From the NCBI GenBank assembly GCA_012295275.1, contig CM022673.1, positions 23,064,001-23,128,000 of the forward strand: a DNA stretch of 64,000 nt, given 5' to 3'. A program made the position numbers and the translations under genes. This DNA is from Chrysomallon squamiferum (taxonomy: Eukaryota; Animalia; Mollusca). The notes under the pieces are model-generated. The model saw only the letters and a list, made by a program, of their open reading frames with translations, ran no database searches and was not told the origin of the DNA. Below, piece after piece: positions 1-13,248 of the stretch (positions within the stretch are counted from its first letter, which is position 1; the number at the start of each line of letters is the position of its first letter).

Positions 1-450
1 TTTTAAACTCTTTGTTTTTTCTTCTAATTCTTCTTGTTTTTCTTTCCTCTCTTGCTTTCTGCTCTGATCAGTGAAAGGTACGGCTGGTTCAATTGGTGAC
101 TGGGATGACAAGCAAACAAGGTGTATTATATAAAATACGTGGAGCAAAGAGACGCATGATGGGATAGTAAACCAACATAAATAAAAAAGTTTTGTAGATG
201 TCCCGAATTGTAACCAGCAAACTGTGAGGAATGTGTGTAGGTGAAGTACTGTCGATTATTATCAGATCTCCAATATGATGTTTTGTCTACATCTGACATA
301 CACAACAATAAAGTGTGTGAAATCTCAAGAATCTGAGTGATGTTTTACTTTACGACTTTCTGTTCTGTTTACTCCTGCTAGCGTTTTACACTTTAATTTC
401 AAATAAACAAAATATTGCACTAACCCAGTAAGAAAAACCTGGAATAATAA

Positions 451-481
<31 letters not shown>

Positions 482-1418
482 AAATAAAAATAAAGTAGGT
501 AAACATGGGTTTTATTTATTAAAATTTTAACGTAAAATAATAAAAAAAAAAAAAGGATAATTTTCAGATTATAGGCATTGTATCTCTGTTTCTGTGTCTT
601 TAATTCTCTTTTCTTCTCTCTCTCTCTCTTTTCTATATCTTTTCCTCCATTTCTGTTTCTCTCCCAGTTACACAAAAGATATATTGTTCAACTATATTTC
701 TTATTCAGTGCAAAACATAAATAACCATGAAGAAGATACTCATACATTTTTCAGTAACACATCACATTAATATTAATATTAATATTAATCAAGGATTACT
801 GTGATCTGAATTTAACATGGATGAATTTGTTTAATTGCATTATAAATGCCAAACAGTGCTTCATCACTGAAAATTTTACTTTTCTTTTGATTAAAAAAAA
901 CAAATAGTAACTTTCTAATAAAATAAAATAATAATATAAAGAAAATAAATAACAAAAAGCAAAATAAAAATTAAAAAGAGCATTAATTACTGACGGCAAT
1001 AAATACATAAAAATACAGTAAAAATCCCATTATATTTATTCAATTAACTCTTCCATTGTTGCAAGACGAAGAATCATCAATACTAACTTTATAAAACTGT
1101 AAACTGAAACGACTTGATATTAAAACCAAGCAAAAAAATAATTTAAGAAATCACTGAAAAAAAAAATATATATATATATATATATATTATACCAAATAAA
1201 ACACCTCAGTGTATTTCACAAGAAAGAAAACATCTGACGAGTACATTTAAACACACAGATTGGTGGATTATACAAAGCAAAGGTTCAGAAATAATTAGTT
1301 GTTCACATGGGATATTTGCTCTGCTTTGCCATGTATTAAGACCCGCCTGTCGTCAATTGTGAAATATTAGATAGGTTTTATTTGCTGAAAAGAAAAGTAT
1401 TGTCGCCAATTATTATAT

Positions 1419-1640
1419 TGTGTGTGTTTCTGTATATGTATTTTTGTTTGTTTGTATGTGTGTGTGTGTGTGTGTATAAGTGTGTGTGTTTGGGTATGTG
1501 TCTGTGTGTGTATGTGTGTATATATATATAATTGTGTGTGTGTTTGGGTATGTGAGTGCGTGTGTGTGTGTGTGTGCCTGTGTGTGTATGTGTGTATATA
1601 AATAATTGTGTATATGTTCGTGTGTGTGTGTGTATGTGTA

Positions 1641-1697
<57 letters not shown>
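1419..1697. repeat. Imperfect (TG)n microsatellite
   Basis: Direct reading. Confidence 0.95.
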
Positions 1698-1700
<3 letters not shown>

Positions 1701-2037
1701 GGGGGATCTGTGTAGCACTGGATATAAATGAATTTGTTTCAGTAAATAAAAATCAACATTGTATTAAAATAGAAGATTACAATCCACCAGTTTTCAGTGA
1801 ATCGTTATACAGAAATAAACTGAATCCCTACAGAAATTATTTTATCTTTCAATCGATTGGACTCTCGATATTTTCTCAGGCTGTCTTTTCAGCGATGCAG
1901 ATAAAATTATTGCTGGCCAGACATATGGAGAAAAATATGTGACTGAATAATATTGAATGAGTAATATAAGAGTAATATGGATTAGATAGTTTAATAAAAT
2001 ATCAAGTAAATAAAAGAGGGAAGAAGGGAGAGACAGT

Positions 2038-2206
<169 letters not shown>

Positions 2207-3644
2207 AAAGAGAGAAAGAAAGAAGAAATGATTATTTTTATTTCATTGCATTCTTGAACAGATATGAACAGAATAATGAATGAAAATTTGTTAAAGATAT
2301 TACAGGAATATAATATATTTCTTGAATAGCAAGGATGAGAGAAGGGAAACAAGCTGTTACCATTCCAAGCAGGCACAACTAGAAATAAGGAATAAATTAA
2401 AAGAAAACTTTAATACATTATTTTATTAACTAAATGATCCTTATCTGAATGACTCATACAGCAGATGGATGATACAGAGTTTCACCCAGCCACAAGACCC
2501 GTGTAATCCATCAATACGTTACTAGGTCAGTGCTTCCTTGCCGACATAATATTTAACCACCACATTAAACTCGTCTGCCATATGGAACAGAAGAGACAGC
2601 AGAGTTTTACTTGCTATGCCATCTCATTCTGATCAAATAATGTATGTATGATCATTTATTAAAATTAGCTGAAATCTGGCCGAAAATGAAGTTTCCGTTG
2701 AATTCTAGATACTATCAGATTAACGTAAGTCCATTCTGCTAAATTTGAGACGTGTCAGGGACAATCGATTGGCGGCCGGCTGGTCAAAGTAAATTTCTGG
2801 TTAATTACATCACAGATAACCAATAAAGCAAACCCTGAGAGTGATGTTGTGTGGAGAACGTAATTAATAACTATACGACCAGTTTATGTGAACCACACAA
2901 AAGTGGTGTTAGTAATTGCTTTTCTGCACGCTTATGTTTGCTTGTATAATATGCATTTTGCTTGTTTTACCAAATTCAGAGTCAGACGTCTATTAGGGTT
3001 TCTCAGAAATTAATCTTTAGTACTTTTTCGCAAATTTTCGCACTTAAATCTTCCGAAATACCTAAATTAACCTCTTCTGGTTTAGATATAAATGACTGTT
3101 TCAGTATTCTTATATTTTAATATATGTTTGTATGTGGAGTATTATCTTCATGTTTTGCATATGTAAACAAAAAAATTCAAACGGATTATAAATAACACGT
3201 TTATAAATTAAGACAAAAATTGCCTGAAAAAATATACAAAAAGAGATATTCAAATTACAAGAAATACAGTTTCATATACAAATTCAATATACAAAAAATA
3301 TTCCCATACATCTCTTTCTATATCTAGCCAAGTGAAGTCAAGGGAAATAATCCTGGGTTTTTCTTCTTCCCTCATTAATTTAAGTGTATTCATTCTGGCA
3401 CCATGTTGTTTCTGTTCTTTTCTTAACACAGTAACATGCGGCTTTCTTCACATTCCTCAGTTGCAACAAAGAAAGAAAGCGTCTTACACCTGAGACGTGA
3501 CAAAAACCCAAGGATGGATATTTTCAAAATAACTTAACTTTTTCAGCCTGTCACCAAACTGAATACCTCTACATGTATGAATGTTGGCATGTTAATTCAT
3601 GCTTGCTTCTATACATGTAAGTATATATTGATGCATATAGGTTT

Positions 3645-3838
3645 ATATATGTATGTATGCAAGTATGTAACTATGTATGTATGTATGTATGTATGTATGT
3701 ATGTACGTATGTATGTATGTATGTATGTATGTATGTATGTATGTATGTATGTATGTATGTATGTATGTATGTATGTATGTATGTATGTATGTATGTATGT
3801 ATGTATGTATGTATATATATATATATGTATGTGTGTAT
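3645..3838. repeat. (TATG)n microsatellite
   Basis: Direct reading. Confidence 0.95.
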
Positions 3839-5946
3839 ATTTTAGCTTCATGTTCCATTCTATCTTTTTAACTATTTATTTATTTATTTATTTATTTATT
3901 TACTCCGCACTGTATCATGTACTTTACACAACAATGGGTGAATGATAGAGCGTGGGAGTAGGTGCTTCTTCTCTTACATCACGTGACGTAACCCAGGAGA
4001 AACACACTTTTTCATAGTTCACTGCAGATTGCCCTGTGGCTAATGTTTTAATATGATAATGTACACCGTTTCCACTCAACAACTCGACACTACATTCCAC
4101 GCATATGTTTGCACTGCCCTTTGACAACTCACTGACATACCCTGACAATGGCTTTGAGATACCTGTCTGGCGGGTTACACACCTGTAAATACCTGTACAA
4201 AGCTAGCTAATCGGTCATCTAACTTATCAGCATGTGTGGGCGAAAACTAGAATGACCATCGTAGAGCAATTCACATTTTTTTTTGTTTGATAGTGAAGTG
4301 GACCCGTGTTTTATAAAAGTTGAAAGGACAGACTGGAGAAAAAAATATTCATTGTCTGTTTTTATTATTTAAGATGACTTGCTTTGAGCACGTTGGTTTC
4401 TAAAACATCAGAACATAATAAAATTACAAACAACAACAACAACGATAATATTAGTATTATGAAAGTATTATGTTAGTATTGGTGAGTGTATTATACTAAT
4501 AATGATGATGATGATGATGATAATAATAATAATAATGATGATGATGATGATAATGATAATGATAACAACAATGATAATTACTGTATCAGTGACCTCAAAA
4601 GAATTGTGATATGAAGACGACGACGACGAAGAAGAACATTTATATATAATTATGTATTTTCACTATCATGTGTTTAATACCAATGAACATTCATTCAGTT
4701 GGTTATGAAAAACTCCTCCAACCCAGCTTCTCATTTACAAAACAAACATATGCTAGTATTACTCAGTACACTATAACTAATACCCATTGTTAATATAATT
4801 CTAAATTCAGTGAGTTTAATTTATTCATGTGTATGAATATATTCATTGACCCGAATACACGTATATTCAGCTCTAACTGAATGGATATGAATGACAACAT
4901 TGAAAAGACCAATAACAGAATCTGTAATATATAATATTTAGAACTCTAGGGTCAGAAACGATGAAAGGGTTTGCACATTCACAGTGGAAAGTCTGTTTGA
5001 ATAAGGTTGAGAGAGATCGTCAACAGAGCCTGGGAACAAAATAAGAAAAATAGGACACCCTGAATTTGTTGTGTAGGCGTTGGCTGTAGTAGATAATTAT
5101 GTCTAGTCGTTATTGTTTGTAAATTGGTGAGAGTGTTTGTGTTTTAATGTTATGTGGCTGAAATGACGTTGTTTGTTAAGAATCTCTGGTTCTTTGCGGG
5201 TAATACGTCCTCAGGCTCATATGTAAGTTTCCAGCAATATTTATTTTTGATGATGGAAATTTACCAGCGAATTAAATGATCTACGAGGTACATAACACTT
5301 TTTAAAAACTCACTACATAGCGTAGCAGTGATTCACTAAAAACGTTTATGCATGACATCACACCGAAACAACTTAATAATTACTGTTGTATTTAACCTAC
5401 ATTTCCTCTAGTTAGTTTTCAGCGAAGTCTAATGTGTAAAAGACCAACTGACTGTATGCTCTTTTTGTTACGTTAATTACCGTGTCGCGAAAAATAGGGC
5501 TGTACACTTTACACATTAACGTACATTTTTTGGTGATGTTAATTTTATTCTTATAAAATGTTATAAACCATGAATAATACAGTTAAATACAATATAAACA
5601 TGTGATATGTTGCAATAACGAATTAAATGTACTCCTGACATGAACATTTTCCCGCCCAAAACTTACATTCCCGCCATTTGCTATACCGCGCCTTTTAGAC
5701 CTTATTTTTAAAAAATATATATTAAAAAAATATAAATAATATTAAAAATACAATATAAAGGAAAACAAATGCTAAGGCATACTAAAATTTATTTCACTTC
5801 TGGTTTATTTACAAATCGGCTGTACGCTGGGTTTGGTCTGAGGGATGGGGTAGAAATTTGCAGACAATGAGTCAGATAAATATCTTGACGATCCTAAATA
5901 ATAGTTAAAGAACGCATTGCATTGAAAGTGTTGTATTGTTTAAGCA

Positions 5947-5991
<45 letters not shown>

Positions 5992-8014
5992 TATTATTAT
6001 TTAAGGTTCACTGTGAGTTATGACGGGATTCTGGTCTATAAAACTATCGTATTCTGCGCTGGATTTTCTATTCAATCAAATAAACTTCGGCTTTCAGATA
6101 AAATAAACTTTAAGGAGTAACTTCCCTTTACCCACTTTCATTTGAAATAGATTTTAAGTGTTCTTTTAAGTGTTCTTTTAAGTATTGTTCATTAAACAAC
6201 ATATAAAATCCAATGCTTATGTCAGATAGCTTAAATACGCCACTATAAATACGTGACTAAAACTGGGATGATATACTGAGATGATCGAAAGAAGAAGCAT
6301 GGCAAACTGGACCATTCTTGAGTGAAATAAAGTGAATATGGAACAAACAAACACAGCTGTTCCTGGTATATACCAGTACTTGTTATAATTATGTGTCAGA
6401 AATGTTTCTAAAATATTCAGTGAGCTTTTACAACCACAGTATTAATTATAAAAGCAAAACAGATATTTGTTACAGATACCTTTAGAGTGATAGTATGAAT
6501 AACTGCTATTCACTGTATTATAACATTATCTGTGCCACTTAAATTTATACTTTATTATCAAATAATTAGTTAATAAATATAACACTAAATAAATAAATGA
6601 TAATAACGATAAAGTGTTAACTGTAAATATAAACAGGTTAACATGATATTATTAAGTTTTATTTTTTGTTGTTACCGGTAACCAAATAAACGTAAATAAA
6701 GCAATAATGTATTTTGTTTTATTGTTTTTATTTTTTATTAACTTTTTACTTTTAAGAATGCACCAAAAAAACACAAAAACAATTAAGAACAAAATGCAAT
6801 TTATCTTCTTTTTTTTTTTTTTTTTTGGTCACGAACAAAATAAAAACAACAACCAACCAACACACAAACAAACAAACAAACAAACAAACCACCAAATAAA
6901 TGAATAAAATGGTACAAAGCAAAAACAAAAACAAAACAAAAAATATAATAAAATATAATAATCTACAGGCATTGAATAATAGCTAAGAACGCTTGGTGGG
7001 TATGGTTTATCTTATGATCAGCGTTGTGTTTCATTTGTGTTATACATGTGTTTGTACATAAATGATTTTTCGTCAACGTTTATTACTAATTTTAAATTCC
7101 TCATGAAACAGATGTGTGCCTACACTAGCGTGTTTGTTGATTCTCTTTATTGACTGCGTCTACTGCCGCAGTTTATTTCAACACCAAAAAAAGAGTAATA
7201 TATATGTGGCACACATATAGGTGCAGCTGTCAGAGAAAAAAAGGAAAGAAATAAAGACGGACACACAGAGAGACAGACAGTGACAAATAGCCAATAAAGA
7301 GAAAAAGGATAGCTGCACAGACAGAAAGACCAAAAAAAAGGAGTTATTTTTAAAACCCGAATAAAAGCTCAAACTGTTCTCTTTTTGAAATCTTAAACAA
7401 CGTACAATGCACTTCAGTTATAATACTCAGATAGACACAGAGAGTGAGATGAGGGAAGAAACCTGAGATGGAAACAGTATGAAAAGATAAAAGTTGTTTA
7501 TGTATCAGGGCAGACAAAATTTAAAATTTATAAAAAAAAAAAAAAAAAAAAAAAGGATAAGTAAGGAGAAGAAGAAGAAATACGAATCTATAAAAGTGAC
7601 CGATGTTATATTTATGTTCATACAAAGTCAAGTTTAACCGTTACAGAAATATAAGTAAATATTTATTTAACGTCGACATGTATTAAAATCAGATTTCAAA
7701 TGTAAGGGAGACATAATTGAAGGTTAACGTAAAACCAGTCTTGAACATATCGCTATACAGAACACAAACACCTGCCTCAGAAATGCAAATGTAAAATGTC
7801 AAGGTCACATAAATCCGCTTTTCTCGACAGACGACACAGTTTACCTGGCGATAGTTTTGCTTCAGCGTCCTGAAACGGAAGGCTGCTTTTTACGACAATA
7901 GCATAAACAGGTTTTTCAGTTTTGTAGACCGAGTCTTACAGGACTTTTTCGCTACATTCAGTACTAGTATATTACTGCGTTGACCGAGAACGTTCTGCTT
8001 CAATTTTTAAAATC

Positions 8015-8158
8015 ATGGTGCTGACAGAAGAACAGAAAGCCCTTCACAAGGCATTTTTCAAGAAGGCTGACAAAGATAACAGCGGATTTCTAACGATTCA
8101 AGAACTGTATAAAGCTCTCGTTGACATGGGATACAAAATCACAGAACAGGAATGCGCA
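8015..8158 (+). CDS. EF-hand protein exon 1 (EF1)
   Basis: ATG at 8015, loop DKDNSGFLTIQE, donor gtaagt at 8159. Confidence 0.92.
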
Positions 8159-8676
8159 GTAAGTACATGCAGTCCACTGGCGTTTCTATGAAGCGATCAA
8201 GGGGTGTGTGGTTATTAATGCATACAAATGTATTGAGCAAGTATTTACTTAGTTTCAAGTACGGGATATTTATTGGGGAATGTAATATTTTATGAAAGTA
8301 TAGTGAGATATTAGAATATCAAATGCCAATATTACTATACTAATAAACGAAATGCAGGTCCAGGAAGTACGGACAAGAAAGTTTACTTTCCGAATTGCCA
8401 TCATCTCACAGTACACGAGTTTTGAACGGTGTACTCTTTAAATTTTGTCAGCGGATTAGACGACTAGAAGATCCCGAAATGTTTCTAGGGTTTAAAAAAT
8501 TAATTTTCGCATCGATTTTCATTCTTATGGTTTTGTATAAAATATAACAACATTTTTTTTTTTTTTCGCTAAGTATAAGAACATGTAAATATATGCTATC
8601 TTTATTTTATTTTTTCTTCTTATAATTTTAATGCGATTTGTAACGATTTCCAACTTTATTTATATGTATGTATGTA

Positions 8677-8707
<31 letters not shown>

Positions 8708-9587
8708 ATGTATGTGTGTATGTATGTGAATATGTATTTAAATTATTGTTATTTTTGTTATGATTAATTTTATACTTGTTTAACAACTCCTCACAATATT
8801 TTTAACTTAACTGTTGTTATTTTTTTTTCAGTGATTTCTTAAAAGTTATATTTATATTATGATGTGTGTGTGCGCGCACATGTATATGAGATAGATATAA
8901 GGAAGAAAATAAAAATATATGTATATACTGTCAGCACTTCAGGTCACACTCGAGTAGATCAGAGTCAGGACTGTTTTGTATACGTCTTCCCACAAACAGG
9001 AACAAGGATGTTAAAGCCTTTGACTGAAATACCACCAACCATTAAAAATGTTAAAATATATTACGATGAATTCTAAATATACTTTAAACTAAAATGTTTT
9101 ATTCACATGTTTTCACGTATACATTAGAAAGATTATTTTTGTTAGACTTATTTTTAAAAGGCTTTGGTATGTACTGTGTACATAGGTTTCATCTCTAATA
9201 TTTGCAAGCTGACTTGCAAATACAGTTTGTAGGTAAGCATCAAAGTCAAGTTTTGAAAAACAAATCAATTTTTCTTTTCTGTTATTTGCAAAAAAAATTT
9301 TTTTAATTATGTCAGTTACCATAACATTATTTTATATTAGAGTTTATTAAAGTTGACCGATGTATAAACTTTTTAAAAAGGTGGTGGAGTTAACAACATT
9401 ATAAAGCTATTTTTTAATTTCTCTTATCTGACCTTTAGAATTAGACAGAAACAGATGAAAGTGATTAATGTGCTGGAAAATAATTTTAAAAATTTTGCCT
9501 CAAGCTACAAAGGGTCGAGCATTCTGAACTCAGACCAACATGTTTATATGTAATTTTTTTATTTTATTTTACATAAATAAACATTTC

Positions 9588-9639
<52 letters not shown>

Positions 9640-12600
9640 TTAATTCTAAAAAATTTAATTCTAAAAAAATTAATGTGTTATTCTTTACGGTTTCTAAAAC
9701 AGTTATTTTAACACGTATGGAATGAAAACAAATAATACTATCAGTCATATTTCTTTAAAATCTCCTATTAAAACGATTTATTTTTAATTATTTTACGTCT
9801 CTAAAATATTTCTGTGTTGAGTTCGCTTTTGACTACAGACGTCTGTTTAAGGTTTATAATTTGGTAAGGTAAAACACAATGTACCAAAATTGCCAAATAA
9901 TGTTTATGAAAATTTTCAATCACTTATTTTTTCAGTAGACTTAATAACTATACAGTTTTTTTCATTATCGAAAAGATAAAAGCATCTACCTCTTGTCTTT
10001 CATATGAAACTTAATACTTTTGAAGAAAAACAATAAGAAATTCCTACTGGCATAGTGGATAGTTGTTTGTGCAGTTGTTTTGCACTAATAGAGTTATGTC
10101 ACAATGACCACTAACATAAATGCATTAAATTCCCCACTGCAGAACGTGCTGTCGCAGATGTGCTTCCCAACAGCTCACTCTGATTACCACATTAGTGTTT
10201 TCACACATTCACCACTAGAAATAGTTCGGTCCACAAAGTAATATTGCTTTTCGTGTCAGTAATTCGTATACACTTGATCGATAAGAATATTTTTTTTTTT
10301 AGCCAGTTTTTTTTTTTTTTTTTATTTAAATACAACTCATTAATAATGATAACTTTTTTTTGAAAGTGTCCTGGCTGTAACGAGTCACGCTCTACTTAAC
10401 GTCCAGGTTGTACAACATCCGTGTGAGGTCACAGGTTGAGAATTCAAAAACATATAACATCTATTACTCAGACATTCTCTGCTTATTATGACTGTAATGC
10501 TAGTGCAAGGCATTTGAGCAGTGATATCGAGTTACTGAAAAATTGTTTGTTTGTTTACTATACCTGTCGTAATAAATATGTAAAACTTGTCAAATATCGG
10601 TATTTTTTATCTAAGATGAAACGTTATATTCTAGGGCGGATCCAGAAGTCTGTACGACGGGATTAGAAGACAAACGGACAGAGTGAAACATAAAACACAT
10701 AAACAGTTGCCTGATATATATAAAATTCTTAAATGTATATGCTTATATCAAAGTTAAAAAAATAAAATTATATTCCAATGTACTATTTGCTTCCATCAGA
10801 GGAATATCCAGTAATGCCTGGCGTAGCCAAAACCTATTTTATACATAATTACAAAAGATCATAAGAAAATGTTAGTATCTTAAATAAAACTCTTTCTCTC
10901 TGGCTATCTTTATTTACTCTGTGAATGTTTAATACTATGTTACTAGAAACACCTTTACTATCAAAAGTACTTGATCCAAACTGTAAAACCTTTGTTTTAT
11001 AGCTTTTTCTCTCACAGAAGGAAAGAACGTCAGTCATTAACACTTGACCTCTGTTTTGTCACTAACACAAATGTTCACGACTCACCAAATACCTGTAAGT
11101 GGTGTTCGCGACCAAAATTCCTCTTGTTTACGCTAGATCTGAGCGAACCAGTAACCATAAATTTCAGGATCATAACCATACCACCCGCCAATTTGCCGAT
11201 GTGGTTGTCCTAGCAACCGTCGATTTTGGAGTAATTTGTAGGTGGGTGTTGTTAGTATGACCCGATGCTGCAAGTGAAGAGGTGGTCGTAGTTGCTTAGA
11301 GACACAACAATTAAATTCACCTTTATGAGTTCTTTATCTAAGTTTCAAAAACGTGGTACTTAATATCATGTTTGCTCGAGGAAATTCACTCACGTACACA
11401 CACACACACGCACACACACATACATACATACACACGCACGCGCACACATACACACACATGCATTCAGATAAATATACATAAAACACACACACATACACAT
11501 ACGCACATACAAACACATAGACATACACATAAAACACAGGTACGAATATATATAAATTTTGTTTACATAATATAAAAAATTCATTATCTTCCCGCTTGAA
11601 TTTCTGTATAATTTCTCTGTATTCATACATTAACACGCTATCTGACACTTGCATCCATTTCTTATCAAACCATGACCAGGGATAAACTGGAACTTGTCAG
11701 GCCGGTTTGAAAGTTGTATTGGTCAAGAGGTCAGCTTGTTTTATCAGAGAGAACAAACATTTCAATGTTGCCCTGGGGGTTCCAATTGTCTAGTACAACC
11801 CGGCTTTTTGGGCTTCCAAACACGAAATCACCATACAAAGTTGATAGATATGAAAACATTTACCTGTTGTTGTTTTTTTTTTTTTTTTTTAAATTTGCGG
11901 CATATCTTCTGAAACGGGGCAGTGACTAAATCTGAAATATCTGGTGAATATTTTATGCATAAATGGATTAACAATGCAAAAATAAATAAATAAATCTACA
12001 GAGATATATTTATTATGTATATATTTATTTTTATAATACTTGAATATACATACATACATACATATACATACATACATACATACATACATACATACATACA
12101 TACATACATACATACATACATACATACATACATACATACATACATACATACATAAATTACATTACATTGCATTAAACACTCACGTATATTATATACTTTT
12201 CTGTATTACCTACGATCCTGTGATTAGACGTTCGTACGCATACAAAGACCTAAAAACAGTATTAATTATATTTTAATTTTTTTTTTTACAGAGTATGTTT
12301 GTTGGTACTGATACTAATAAGGATGGGAAAATCACCTTCGAAGAATTTATGTTCGAAATGAACAAGTTGGATCCACGAAAAGTGAGGCAAGTATACGTAA
12401 CTGCTAAAACCTTCCACTCCAGAACAACAAACTGTGTTCAGATTATAAATTTATCCTTAATCTAATTATCTTTTGTAAACATGCAATAAAATACTTAAAC
12501 GCATAATAATTTATAATAAAATGGTTTAAAAATACCTTTTCTATCAGACTGTTTTGTTTTATTAACGGCATTAGTTTGCTTTTCATAGTGTAGGGTTTAA

Positions 12601-12913
12601 AATTAAAATACTAAAATAACTCTGTATAAATTTGAACAGTTTCGTACTTTTTATTCTGGTGATGACCCCTCCGGGAGCAACTCCTTTTTTTATTATTATT
12701 GTTATTATTATTATTGTTGCATATGTTTTTGTTTTTGTTGTTTTGTTGTTATTTGATTTGTTTGTTGTTGTTTTTTTTTCTTTTTTTTTTTCTTTTTTTT
12801 ATCACTGTCCACTTTTTATTTAAATGATATCCTACAGAGCTTCACTTATTTTTCAACTGGTATTTATTTATTTAATTATTTATATATATACATATATATA
12901 TGTGGTTGTGTGT

Positions 12914-12954
<41 letters not shown>

Positions 12955-13248
12955 AATGTCATTTAATGTAATTTAATGTAATTTTTTCACAAACTAACAA
13001 TCTTACAGTCCCTGTCATTAAAATTTGATTTTGAATCTTTTTACAGTGAATCTGATCTCAGACGTACGTTCAAAGAAATTGACAAAAGCGGAGACGGGAA
13101 ACTGGACAAAAAGGAGCTCAAACGAGTACTCGTGAAGTGCGGCAAAAAACTCACTGACGACGAGCTCGACACCATTATCAAGAAGGTTGACAAAGACGGT
13201 GACGGACAAATAAACTACGAAGAATTTTTGTCAGCATTCAGCGGCTAA
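8015..13248 (+). CDS. Calmodulin-like four-EF-hand Ca2+-binding protein, 146 aa, 3 exons: join(8015..8158,12292..12386,13047..13248)
   Basis: Spliced translation MVLTEEQKALHKAFFKKADKDNSGFLTIQELYKALVDMGYKITEQECA/SMFVGTDTNKDGKITFEEFMFEMNKLDPRKVS/ESDLRRTFKEIDKSGDGKLDKKELKRVLVKCGKKLTDDELDTIIKKVDKDGDGQINYEEFLSAFSG*. Four EF loops. Intron 1 is GT-AG, intron 2 GC-AG. Not true calmodulin. Confidence 0.93.
11204..11303. promoter_or_regulatory. Two RFX X-box-like motifs in EF-hand gene intron 1
   Basis: GTTGTCCTAGCAAC (11204-11217) and GTTGCTTAGAGAC (11291-11303) in a locally GC-richer segment. Confidence 0.45.
12047..12154. repeat. (CATA)n microsatellite
   Basis: Direct reading. Confidence 0.95.
12292..12386 (+). 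CDS. EF-hand protein exon 2 (EF2)
   Basis: T-tract-acag acceptor, loop DTNKDGKITFEE, donor AG|gcaagt. Confidence 0.9.
13047..13248 (+). CDS. EF-hand protein exon 3 (EF3, EF4, stop)
   Basis: ttacag acceptor, loops DKSGDGKLDKKE and DKDGDGQINYEE, TAA stop; AATAAA at ~13260. Confidence 0.92.

Noticed and set aside
8334-8467. Helitron-like ends (CTATACTAATAAA ... CTAG); similar hint near 10808-10830
   Set aside because: No TC 5' end, no clear subterminal hairpin and no A|T insertion context
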